Shown piece by piece: positions 54,231 through 63,267 of a DNA stretch of 64,000 nt; the first letter of the stretch is position 1, and each line of letters starts with the position of its first letter. The position numbers were made by a program, and so were the translations under genes. This stretch comes from an uncultured delta proteobacterium (GTDB taxonomy: Bacteria > Desulfobacterota > Syntrophia > Syntrophales > Smithellaceae), in assembly GCA_963753975.1 (NCBI GenBank), contig CAVWEH010000005.1:731734-795733 (forward strand), written 5' to 3'. The notes beneath the pieces were generated by a model that saw nothing but the letters and a program-made list of their open reading frames with translations, did not search any database and was not told the origin of the DNA.

Positions 54231-55730
54231 TTATTTACTCCCTTTCTTGCTAAGCGCTTCCCGATCTCCGCCGCTCATACCGGCGATGTATTTTACCAGC
54301 TTCTTTCGGGATTCTATATCGTACTGCGTTGTAATCGCGATCTGCTCCATGATGGGCGATCCGCCGCCGTGGTAATTGCCCACGTGGATGATACCGCCGG
54401 TGGCCGAGCACATCGCGTCGCCCAGGAATCTCCAGAACTGCGCCTGATCTTCAGCAGACATTTTGGGATTGCGCTTGGTGTATTTCAAAAGCGCTTCTCC
54501 GGTCGCCGGATTAGTGAAGTCTTTTTCATGCGGGAAGGTCGCGACAACGCCGCCAGCCAGATCGCAAAGAATTTCCGCCTCACGCCAGACTTCCTCGCCG
54601 GTGAGACAACGGCCGACATTGCAGTAGATCGAATGGGGAATAAAGGAACCGGGGCCGTAAGGCATAAAACCAACACCGGGGATGTAAACTTCCGGTTTAC
54701 CCAGATCTGATGCCGTGTAACCGGCGGCGTAGCCCAGTTCGGTGGTCATGATAATTTCGGCCAGTTTCTCGCGGACGTGAGATTCTTTATGGATGTTGTT
54801 GCATTCTGCCGCCAATGCCGCCGTGCCCAGCAGGACGTCGCCTATGGCGGGCTTACAACCGGAATAAGAATGGCGATGGAACAGAGCAAACAAAAGCGCC
54901 AAAATGCCGCCGTGCTGGTATTCGCCGGCCAGGAAGACTCTTTCCCAGGGCACAAAACAGTTTTCAAAGATCAGGTAGGAATCGGTGAGCCCCGGGGTGA
55001 AACCGCGTTTATAATGTTCACGGCCGCGGTAGTTATGAATAGTTACAACTTGTTTCACGCCATCACAGTCCGCGGGAACCGCAAACGCCACCGCGTAGTC
55101 CTTATCTTCGGGACGCAACGCTCGGGTGGGCAGAACCAGAATCTCGTCGGATACGGAGGCTTCGGAAATATGGACTTTACAGCCCTCCACAATAATGCCG
55201 TCCTTGGTTCTTTCCTTAATATAAACATAAGCACCGGGATTGGGCTGTTCCGCAGGGCGCAGCATACGATCACCCTTCACATCGGTCTGGGCGCAGGCGG
55301 CAATCTGATCTTCCTTCTGGAACCGGGCCAGCCACTTTTTGAAGTTTTCATGATACTGTGTCTTGCCTTTGTTGGCTTTGTCGGCTTCATAAGAAACGTT
55401 GTAAATCGCATTGGTGCCGTCGATGCCCATGCAGCGCTGTATGCAGCCGCCAACTTTCTGGCAGAGCATTCTGGTCATATCCTGCTTTTTATGCAGATCT
55501 TCCTTGTTTTGATGAATGTGCGTGAAGCGGTTGATTTTCTCTTCCGAGAGGTGAGACTTGGCAGTCATCAGGCCTTCATTTTCCGGTCTGGCTGCTTCAT
55601 CATACGTAGTGCCGATGACATTGATACAGTCCATCTGCAGTTCGTCCGTCCTGTCGATCAGATTGCCGTCATAATAGACGTTGCGTTTCATTTTCGACAG
55701 GGCTTTGATTAAATCTTGCTTGGTTCTCAT
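54231..55730 (-). CDS. Divergent AbfD-family protein, paralog 3 (tandem duplicate of 52557-54062)
   Basis: Same motifs; collinear and highly similar. Confidence 0.88.
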   Translation of the reverse strand: MRTKQDLIKALSKMKRNVYYDGNLIDRTDELQMDCINVIGTTYDEAARPENEGLMTAKSHLSEEKINRFTHIHQNKEDLHKKQDMTRMLCQKVGGCIQRCMGIDGTNAIYNVSYEADKANKGKTQYHENFKKWLARFQKEDQIAACAQTDVKGDRMLRPAEQPNPGAYVYIKERTKDGIIVEGCKVHISEASVSDEILVLPTRALRPEDKDYAVAFAVPADCDGVKQVVTIHNYRGREHYKRGFTPGLTDSYLIFENCFVPWERVFLAGEYQHGGILALLFALFHRHSYSGCKPAIGDVLLGTAALAAECNNIHKESHVREKLAEIIMTTELGYAAGYTASDLGKPEVYIPGVGFMPYGPGSFIPHSIYCNVGRCLTGEEVWREAEILCDLAGGVVATFPHEKDFTNPATGEALLKYTKRNPKMSAEDQAQFWRFLGDAMCSATGGIIHVGNYHGGGSPIMEQIAITTQYDIESRKKLVKYIAGMSGGDREALSKKGSK

Positions 55731-55757
55731 ATATAATACTCCTTATAATATCCTTTA

Positions 55758-56495
55758 TTAGTGTGTTTGTCTTGCCTGAGGAGGCCTTCGCGGCGCCTTT
55801 AAGCGTTTTTTTAATATTTCCTTTGTCTGGAAAAGTTCCCCAAAAATCCGGGCAGCTTCCGGTTTCAGATAAAGCGTCAATCCGGCATTTTCTTCCTTGG
55901 CCCGAATACCATCCAAAATGATTTCGATAAAAGGATCGAGCATGTCCATTATGCTTGTCTTTCTTTTCGGCATTCCCAGCATATGCCAATGAATGAATAA
56001 GTGTTCAATAGTGCCCATTAACATGGAACGAATGAGATATGGATTGGAATTTTTTTTGAACGTGCCGTCTGTAACTCCCTCTTTGATGCAATCAAGAAGC
56101 CGATGAGCAGACCGGCGAATCGCCGCGTGTGCTGGCGTCTTGCGGAACCGCTTGTTGGACATGAGCTGAAGGAGAACCAGGGCGGAATAATTGGGATTCG
56201 ATTGATAAAGTTGAACGTAGGACAACAGAATGGCGCGCATCTTTCCTTCCACATCTTTGATAAAGGGTATGACCTTCGACGTTGCATCAGAAGTTTCATT
56301 GGATATCTTTTCGGGAATAGCGAAGAGGAGATCTTCCTTGGTGCCGAAATACTCATAGATTGTGGCTTCCGAAACTCCCGCTTCTTTACTGATTTCGGTA
56401 ATAGTCGCGTTCTGGAAACCTTTTTCGGCAAAGATACGCAGGGCGGCATCCATGATACGGTCTTTTCTGGTCTTTGCCCTCACGTGATCAGCCAT
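55758..56495 (-). CDS. TetR family regulator (FadR-like)
   Basis: IMDAALRIFAEKGF..ISKEAGVSEATIYEYF. Confidence 0.92.
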   Translation of the reverse strand: MADHVRAKTRKDRIMDAALRIFAEKGFQNATITEISKEAGVSEATIYEYFGTKEDLLFAIPEKISNETSDATSKVIPFIKDVEGKMRAILLSYVQLYQSNPNYSALVLLQLMSNKRFRKTPAHAAIRRSAHRLLDCIKEGVTDGTFKKNSNPYLIRSMLMGTIEHLFIHWHMLGMPKRKTSIMDMLDPFIEIILDGIRAKEENAGLTLYLKPEAARIFGELFQTKEILKKRLKAPRRPPQARQTH

Positions 56496-56523
56496 GAAAA
56501 TATCCCTCTAACAGTGTGGATGA

Positions 56524-56582
56524 ACACTATATTATTATAGTCGCACTGTCAAGTTTTATTTTATTTCATAGTATGACTATGA
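56524..56582 (-). promoter_or_regulatory. Promoter and palindromic operators for the tetR-abfD-like operon
   Basis: TTGACA-17nt-TAGTGT; ACTATA-N4-TATAGT overlapping the -10/spacer; TCATAGT-N3-ACTATGA at 56566-56582. Confidence 0.6.
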
Positions 56583-56664
56583 TATTTTGCGAATATTTAT
56601 AGTGATATAAGAAAAAAGATTGTTTTCGTGGCGGGATTATTCTCTATAATATCATCCGGTAGGG

Positions 56665-57432
56665 CTATTTCTTTTTCATCGCGGCAAGCTTTGCCTGAAG
56701 CGCGTCTATTCTCCGGTGATTGTCCTCCGATCCGATATAACTTCTGAAGAGCCATTCCTGGAGACGCATGGCCCCGTCCAGATCTTCGTTCAATATTTTA
56801 TTGGCCAGCCGCTTGGTTTCCTTTAAACAACCCCTATCGTAAGTCGCCATCTCGCGCGCAATTACGCCTACCGATTCCAGAAGCTTGCCTTCGGGAAAGA
56901 CCTTGCTCACATATCCCATGCGCTCTGCTTCCTGGGCATCATAGATTCTGCCGGTCAAAGCAACTTCTTTGGCCCGCCCAAGACCGATGATCCGCCAAAG
57001 CGGGTCCATGATCGGTGTAAGCGAAAGAACGATTTCGCGCTGGCCGAATTTAGCGCGTTCGGAGGCATAACGCACATCGCACATCATGGTGAGATCAAAA
57101 CCCCCGGCAATGGCCGCACCTCCTACCGCACAGATAACCGGCTGTTCACAAAATAAAATCGCTCGGTATGCCCGGTGGAAAAGGGCCGTGTATGTCTCAT
57201 TGGATACTTTCTCCAGCCTTCTTATCTCATTGAGGTCAAAGCCCGCGGAAAAATATTTTTCCCCGCCGGTAAAAACGATAACGTTCACGTCTTGTCTTTT
57301 GCCGAGATCAGTGAACAATTTTTCCACTTCCTCCAGAACCTCTGGCGCGAGGGCATTGCCTTTGTCCGGCCGGTTGATCGTTACAGTTGCGACTTTCCCT
57401 TCCACGGAAACCAATAAATATTTTAAGCCCAT
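56665..57432 (-). CDS. Enoyl-CoA hydratase/isomerase family
   Basis: NRPDKGNAL, FSAGFDL, AIAGGFDLTMMCD, FGQRE. Confidence 0.9.
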   Translation of the reverse strand: MGLKYLLVSVEGKVATVTINRPDKGNALAPEVLEEVEKLFTDLGKRQDVNVIVFTGGEKYFSAGFDLNEIRRLEKVSNETYTALFHRAYRAILFCEQPVICAVGGAAIAGGFDLTMMCDVRYASERAKFGQREIVLSLTPIMDPLWRIIGLGRAKEVALTGRIYDAQEAERMGYVSKVFPEGKLLESVGVIAREMATYDRGCLKETKRLANKILNEDLDGAMRLQEWLFRSYIGSEDNHRRIDALQAKLAAMKKK

Positions 57433-57466
57433 ATAACCTTCACCTTTCCCCTTTAATTTGGTTAGT

Positions 57467-58906
57467 TTATTTATCTATTTTAGCCAAAGTTTTAGCCAAC
57501 TGCATTTTTTGCGGCAAGTTGCCGAGGCGCTGATACATGATCCTCTGGCTTTGCGGAGAACCCGCACCATGCATACTTTCAACGAGGCAGGTCCCGCCGG
57601 TCATATTTTCGATAAGCCTCAATATCTTCATTCTTGTCTCCGCGGAGACTCCTTTTACTCCCGCCATATATTTCTTCACATATTTGCCGATCTTTTCGCT
57701 ATTCAGATCCTTGTCGAAGGGAAGCGTAGCCATGATACCCCCGGCTATGTCGTGCGCGAGGCGCGATATCTCATAAATATTCCTGGTGATATTGTGCTTG
57801 GCGCAATTGGCCAAAAGCGGATCGGGATAATAAGCTCCGCTTTTTGTTTTGGAACCCATAGCGGAACAGGCGATTGATGAAGAATAAACGGTCTCTACGA
57901 GATGCATCATCTCGACTAGCTTATCCTTAATATGAGAGGCATCCAATGTGCCCTGGTACTGGGCGGCAAGCGCTGCCGCTCCGATAATGACATCCGATAC
58001 CCCACCTTTGCAGCCACCGTAATTCTGCCTATGTAATGTAGCGAAACGCTCTACGAGAAGACCGGTAAAATCTATCTCTCCGCACATGAAAACTCTGTCC
58101 CAGGGAACGAAAACATTTTCCAGAACGACCAGCGCTTCACCGCCGACAACGCCATATTCAACGTTGCCTGCGTCGATACCCCTTTCAAATTTTCTTTCTT
58201 CATTGGTTTGCCGGCCGAAGATCAGCGTAATGCCTTCAGCGTTCATGGGGATAGCGGCAGCAACAGCGTAAGCCTCGTCCCCCTTTCCCATAGTCTGCGT
58301 CGGCATGATAATAATCTCGTGGCTGTTAACCGCCCCCGTCTGATGTGCTTTTGCCCCGCTAATTACGATGCCGTCTTTTCTTTTTTCCACAACTCTCGTA
58401 AAAACATCGGGATCGTCCTGTTCGTGCGGGCGCTTGGATCTATCCCCTTTCGGATCGGTCATTCCCCCTGCTACAATCAAATTTTCGGACTGAATCATTT
58501 TCAGATATTTGGTGAAGCGCTGAAAATAGTTGGTGCCGTGCGCTTCATCAATTTCGTAGGTTGTCATGTAAAGAGCGTTCAGGGCGTCGAACCCTACACA
58601 GCGCTGAAAGCAACTCCCCGTTTCGTGGGAGATTAGCCGCAACATTTGAACTTTCTTTATCAGGTCGTCGACAGACTGATGGATATGGGTAAAGCGGTTG
58701 ATTTTTTTCCCCGTCAGATGGCTCGTTGCGGTGAGAAGATCTTCGTGCTCGGGCATCAAGGCCAACTCGTAGGTTTTGGCTGCGGCATTGATATGGGGAA
58801 TGAAGGCGGGATGAGTTGTAATGTCTTCGACATGTTCTCCATTGTAATAAACATTTAATTTCTGGCGCTTCAAACTTTCAATATAATCCTGTTTTGTTTT
58901 AATCAT
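57467..58906 (-). CDS. AbfD-family dehydratase/isomerase, paralog 2
   Basis: SCFQRCVGFD, KAHQTG, GGEAL, HRQNYGGCK, ESMHGAGS. Confidence 0.9.
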   Translation of the reverse strand: MIKTKQDYIESLKRQKLNVYYNGEHVEDITTHPAFIPHINAAAKTYELALMPEHEDLLTATSHLTGKKINRFTHIHQSVDDLIKKVQMLRLISHETGSCFQRCVGFDALNALYMTTYEIDEAHGTNYFQRFTKYLKMIQSENLIVAGGMTDPKGDRSKRPHEQDDPDVFTRVVEKRKDGIVISGAKAHQTGAVNSHEIIIMPTQTMGKGDEAYAVAAAIPMNAEGITLIFGRQTNEERKFERGIDAGNVEYGVVGGEALVVLENVFVPWDRVFMCGEIDFTGLLVERFATLHRQNYGGCKGGVSDVIIGAAALAAQYQGTLDASHIKDKLVEMMHLVETVYSSSIACSAMGSKTKSGAYYPDPLLANCAKHNITRNIYEISRLAHDIAGGIMATLPFDKDLNSEKIGKYVKKYMAGVKGVSAETRMKILRLIENMTGGTCLVESMHGAGSPQSQRIMYQRLGNLPQKMQLAKTLAKIDK

Positions 58907-59240
58907 ATATTTTCCCTCCTCTATCCTTAGGGCGGGTTTGCAGATTTAACTTTTTTATGTTCCGCACGGCGATATCGGCCAGTTTTTCTTCCGGCGTATT
59001 TTCCAGATCGACCGACTTACCCGCTACCAATATCCAGCGGCGGGCCAGATTTTTGATTTCCGGTTTGTCCACACAGGCCAATGGGCATCCGCAAACCATA
59101 ATTCCGATATCCCAGGGATTTGCGGCCTTCGTGGTTAAGCTATATCCGGGAGGCAGAGCTTTCCGAATTTCATAGACCAACTTTGCTCTGTCGATGAGAG
59201 GATTACAACCACCGCAATATTTTATGCCAATGAGCGTCAT
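58899..59240 (-). CDS. Small Cys-rich hypothetical protein
   Basis: IKYCGGCNP..VCGCPLAC; overlaps the start of the downstream abfD paralog. Confidence 0.75.
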   Translation of the reverse strand: MTLIGIKYCGGCNPLIDRAKLVYEIRKALPPGYSLTTKAANPWDIGIMVCGCPLACVDKPEIKNLARRWILVAGKSVDLENTPEEKLADIAVRNIKKLNLQTRPKDRGGKIYD

Positions 59241-59269
59241 TAGTATGTTATCCGGCGCGGCAAAGTCGA

Positions 59270-60721
59270 TTAATCCTTAATTCCGGCGATTTCTTTAGCC
59301 AATTTCTTTTTGTAATCGAGATTGCCCTGGCGCGCGATCATCACGCGCTGCGCCTGTGGTGAGCCTGCGCCGTGCATGGATTCTGTGCGATAGCCTACTG
59401 CAGCCGTACCGAGTGTGATATTTTCCACCAGTCTCAAAACGCGGCAGCGATTCTCCGTAGGCACCGACGCGATTCCCTTAAAATATTTTTCGACTATTTT
59501 GCCTATTGCCGGGTTGTGCAAATCCTTTTCGGAAGCCATCGTTACCATTAATCCGCCGGCAATATCTTCGGCGAGTCTCGCAATTTCATAGGGCAGTCTG
59601 GTAACGTTTTGTTTGCAGACATTGGCCAGAAGCAAATCGATGAGGTAGGTGCCGGAAGCTGTCTTGTGACCCTGTGCCGAGCAGGCAATGCCGCAAGAGT
59701 ACAGAGTTTCATTCAAATGGATCATTTCGATCAATTTGTCTTTGATATGCGACGCCTTCGCGGCGCCGTTATAATCGGCGGCCAGCGCCGCCGCACCGAT
59801 GAGCACATCTCCAACGCCCACTTTGCACCCGCCGTAACTCTGACGATGATAACCGGCGAAGCGTTCCACCAGAAGCCCGCTGAATTCGTATTCGCCGCAC
59901 ATAAACACGTTTTCCCAGGGAACGAATAAATTATCAAAAACCATAAGGGCTTCGTGGCCGCCGAATTGCCGGTTGCCCACATCGATTTCACCGCCTTCGA
60001 GTTTGCGCGTATCGCACGATTGCCGTCCGTAAATATAGGATATGCCTTCCGCATCGGCAGGTGCCACAAAAGAAAGAGCATAGTCGGCATCGTCTTTAGA
60101 CATAGCCACCGTGGGCATTACTAAAATCCAGTGGGAATTTATGGCCCCGGTCTGGTGGGCTTTGGCGCCCCGGACGACAATACCATCTTTCCTTTTTTCC
60201 ACGACATGAGTGTAAAGGTCGGGGTCCGCCTGCTTGCTGGGAGAGAGAGAACGGTCGCCTTTGGGATCGGTCATGGCACCGTCTACAGTCAAATCTTCCT
60301 CCTGGACCATTTTCAGAAATTTAAGAAAACGCTCATGATATTTGGTGCCGCGCTTTTGATCCATCTCGAACGTAACGCTGTCAACGGCATTGATGGCGTC
60401 CATGCCTACACAGCGCTGAAAGCAGGATGCAGTTTTTTGCCCGAGCATTCTTTGCATTTTTACTTTTTTTATCAGATCGTCCGTACTCTGATGCAGATTG
60501 CAGAAGCGATTGATTTTTTTTCCGGTCAGATGCGATTTGGCGGTCATCAGGTCTTCATACTCGGGATTATTCGCCAGGGCGTAAGTCATTTTTACGGAAT
60601 TCATCGACGGCCTAATGATCGGATTATCCACTGGATTTTTCACCAGTTCACCCAGCAAATAGACTTTAAATTTCATTTTACGCAAACTTTCTTCATATTG
60701 TTCAGCGGTTTTCAGCGCCAT
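59270..60721 (-). CDS. abfD: 4-hydroxybutyryl-CoA dehydratase / vinylacetyl-CoA isomerase
   Basis: KTASCFQRCVGMD, DGAMTDPKGDR, KAHQTG, FGGHEAL, YHRQSYGGCK, GYRTESMHGAGSPQAQ as in clostridial AbfD. Confidence 0.93.
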   Translation of the reverse strand: MALKTAEQYEESLRKMKFKVYLLGELVKNPVDNPIIRPSMNSVKMTYALANNPEYEDLMTAKSHLTGKKINRFCNLHQSTDDLIKKVKMQRMLGQKTASCFQRCVGMDAINAVDSVTFEMDQKRGTKYHERFLKFLKMVQEEDLTVDGAMTDPKGDRSLSPSKQADPDLYTHVVEKRKDGIVVRGAKAHQTGAINSHWILVMPTVAMSKDDADYALSFVAPADAEGISYIYGRQSCDTRKLEGGEIDVGNRQFGGHEALMVFDNLFVPWENVFMCGEYEFSGLLVERFAGYHRQSYGGCKVGVGDVLIGAAALAADYNGAAKASHIKDKLIEMIHLNETLYSCGIACSAQGHKTASGTYLIDLLLANVCKQNVTRLPYEIARLAEDIAGGLMVTMASEKDLHNPAIGKIVEKYFKGIASVPTENRCRVLRLVENITLGTAAVGYRTESMHGAGSPQAQRVMIARQGNLDYKKKLAKEIAGIKD

Positions 60722-60814
60722 TAACTTAATGCCTCCTCAAATATTTGTATTTTCATGATTTTCAAATTGAACCAGCGTTGTCTAGCGCACAGGACAATGT
60801 TGATATTAACAAGA

Positions 60815-60867
60815 TGATTCAATCAATGCTTCTAATTTAGTTTAGACATGCGGAGAAAAATTGTCAA
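60815..60867 (-). promoter_or_regulatory. abfD promoter with downstream palindrome
   Basis: TTGACA-17nt-TAAACT (60839-60867); TGATT-N-AATCA at 60815-60825. Confidence 0.6.
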
Positions 60868-60909
60868 ATTAATTTCATCCGGAACTTATACCATTGGCAA
60901 TTTATGAGT

Positions 60910-61260
60910 TTAGTCGCTCTCCGGCAAAGTACACGACTTAACAAAATCTGCCAGTTGTTTCTCACTTAAGCCCACACCCGGCTCTCCATCCAAGCGTTTA
61001 GAAACGGAACCTTTCTCAAAGAAAATAACAGTGGGGAAAACGTCTATTGAATATTTGTTCCCTATGCTTTCCTGGTCATCCTGAACACGCAAAAAATACC
61101 GCTGCTCTTCTTGGGCATATTGCTGAAATATAGGCAAAAACCTTTTGCAAAAAGGACACCAGGACGCGTAAACAAGAGCGATTACCCTATCTTTTGTCTT
61201 TAAAATTTCGTTCAGATCATTTTCGTTGTCAACCAGAACACCTTTGTCATCTAAATTCAT
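60910..61260 (-). CDS. Thioredoxin family protein
   Basis: YASWCPFC, FPTVIFF. Confidence 0.88.
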   Translation of the reverse strand: MNLDDKGVLVDNENDLNEILKTKDRVIALVYASWCPFCKRFLPIFQQYAQEEQRYFLRVQDDQESIGNKYSIDVFPTVIFFEKGSVSKRLDGEPGVGLSEKQLADFVKSCTLPESD

Positions 61261-61274
61261 AATATTTCCCCTTT

Positions 61275-62180
61275 TCACCCCTGCTGCAATATTTCCACAA
61301 TTCTGTCGCGCATATCAGTGCTTTTGGTGTCTGCCGGAATAACATCTATTGCGGCAGGAGTTGCGGCGCCCAAGCCCAATTCAACGGCGCGGGCAATTTG
61401 TTCTTGCTCAAATATTTTCGTATTCATGATCTGGTCGTTGCTGCCCAGATATTTCAAAATAGCTACCCCCACCGCATCAATTGCCACACGATCTTTTGCC
61501 GCTAAAAAAACATTTCCTCTGGCCAGTTTTCCAGTGGCCTGCCCTTCATCCACAAAAGCTTCAACCCCGTCCATGACCACCAATTGAGGACTAAAGGGCT
61601 GATTGATCTCGGCAATCATCTTGCGCTGATGAGGAGATGTATGCAGTTCATGCATATACGAATATCCATGGCGCTCCGTCGGAACAACTCCGACATGAAG
61701 TTTCAGGGATAAGGTAAAGATTCCTCCGAATTGATGCGTTTTCAGACAGCCAGTGGAAACCAGACATTCGGCCTCCAGAATAGGTCGCGCAACGCGGAAG
61801 CCGTTTGCCCAATGACTACTTTTGGGTTTAAATTCTACCCAGTCTTCTTCTTTTAAATCATCAAAATCGATAACCCGGACATCCAGTTTCTGCAGAACAG
61901 GCAAGACCCCTTTGAGTTCCATGACCTTCCTTGTCCGCGGCCAGCTTCTTTCTCCTAAACTTATGGATTTGGCCCCCATAGCCCATAACTCCTCCGCCAA
62001 CGCTGCCAGTGTATCATTGTGCGTGGAACCGGGCGTGGGATCGGCCGTATTGAAATTCGGCTTGATAAGAACGTGTTTTCCTTTTACCGGATTAACATTC
62101 AGCGCTTTCAGGGAAGCACTGACTCCTTCTCGGCGAGACTCTGTCCTGGCCAGAATCACCGGACTTTTGGTAGTTGCCAT
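61275..62180 (-). CDS. DUF362 domain protein
   Basis: VLIKPNFN, LKTH, TLSLKLHVG, DRVAIDAVG. Confidence 0.85.
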   Translation of the reverse strand: MATTKSPVILARTESRREGVSASLKALNVNPVKGKHVLIKPNFNTADPTPGSTHNDTLAALAEELWAMGAKSISLGERSWPRTRKVMELKGVLPVLQKLDVRVIDFDDLKEEDWVEFKPKSSHWANGFRVARPILEAECLVSTGCLKTHQFGGIFTLSLKLHVGVVPTERHGYSYMHELHTSPHQRKMIAEINQPFSPQLVVMDGVEAFVDEGQATGKLARGNVFLAAKDRVAIDAVGVAILKYLGSNDQIMNTKIFEQEQIARAVELGLGAATPAAIDVIPADTKSTDMRDRIVEILQQG

Positions 62181-62234
62181 CGGGAAACACCTATAACGGC
62201 ATTAGTAACTCTATTGACCTCAGGTATCTTCGAC

Positions 62235-62312
62235 AATACCCTCCGCCTTCGGCGGGATAAATTCAACTAACGCTTCAAACTTCTCTGCGTTCGTTTTCGG
62301 CAAGTTTCATTG
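62235..62312. repeat. Modular structured repeat, locus C (one unit)
   Basis: CGCCTTCGGCGGGATAAATTCAACTAACGCTTCAAACTTC..TTCGTTTTC..AGTTTCATT, closely matching unit 2 of locus A. Confidence 0.8.
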
Positions 62313-62386
62313 ACTGCTTCGGTTTTATTATCTTCTGAGCGATGCGCACTTCAATAATTTGACCCCCGATCAGGACTCACGAACTA

Positions 62387-63175
62387 TCACACCTTCATAC
62401 CGGGCATGTTTAAGGAGGCTGTGTTGCCGCCGTCCACGGCCAGATATTGACCCGTTATAAAACTGGCTTCGTCACTGGCTAAAAACAAGATAGGGTATGC
62501 GCATTCTTCTGGATTACCGTAGCGTCTCAGTTCGCAGCGGCTGCCCATCATGTCTATTTTGCCCTTTGCTCTGGCGGCGTCGAAAAACTTCTGAGTCATC
62601 TCTGTCTCAAAGAGTCCCGGGCATACGCAGTTCACTCGCACATTGTAGCAGCCCAGATCACAGGCCGACGTCATGGTGAAGTTAATCATAGCGGCCTTGC
62701 TGGCGCTGTAAGCGTTACCGCCGGCGCCTGAGCGTATACCTGCCACGGAAGATATGTTGACAATGGAACCGCTCTTCTTCCCTATCATATAGCGGACCAG
62801 GTGTTTAGTAGCCAGAACCGCACTCAATACGTTAGTCTGATAAACATCATGCCATATCTTTGCGTCCTGATGTTCCAGGTCAACCATATCACCGCCCATA
62901 CCGGCATTATTGACCAAAATATCCACGGTGCCGAAGGCGGCTATTGTCGCCTCCGCGAGGGCTTTGACGTCTTCTTCTTTGGACACGTCCGTGGCCTTGT
63001 AGATTGCCTCACCGCCCAGTTTTTTCATCTGAGCCGCCAGTTCCTTTAATTTGTCCTCCCGGCGCGCGGCCACAACCATGCGAGCCCCTTCTTTAGCGAA
63101 CAATAAAGCCGTGGCCCAGCCGATACCGCTAGAGGCCCCGGTGATCACAGCTACTTTGCCAGAAAGTCTTCCCAT
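62387..63175 (-). CDS. Short-chain dehydrogenase/reductase
   Basis: TGASSGIG, NNAG, YSASK. Confidence 0.92.
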   Translation of the reverse strand: MGRLSGKVAVITGASSGIGWATALLFAKEGARMVVAARREDKLKELAAQMKKLGGEAIYKATDVSKEEDVKALAEATIAAFGTVDILVNNAGMGGDMVDLEHQDAKIWHDVYQTNVLSAVLATKHLVRYMIGKKSGSIVNISSVAGIRSGAGGNAYSASKAAMINFTMTSACDLGCYNVRVNCVCPGLFETEMTQKFFDAARAKGKIDMMGSRCELRRYGNPEECAYPILFLASDEASFITGQYLAVDGGNTASLNMPGMKV

Positions 63176-63267
63176 TATTTTTTCCTCCCCATAAATTTAT
63201 AATTTTTTCGGCAGCGTATAGCATATCTTTTTTTTTGTCACAAGTAATATGCGGAAAAAGATGCTGT

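Noticed and set aside
52557..60721. Annotation as 4-hydroxyphenylacetate 3-monooxygenases (same fold family)
   Set aside because: All four keep the Cys/His [4Fe-4S] ligands of AbfD, no flavin reductase partner is present, and the context is anaerobic.
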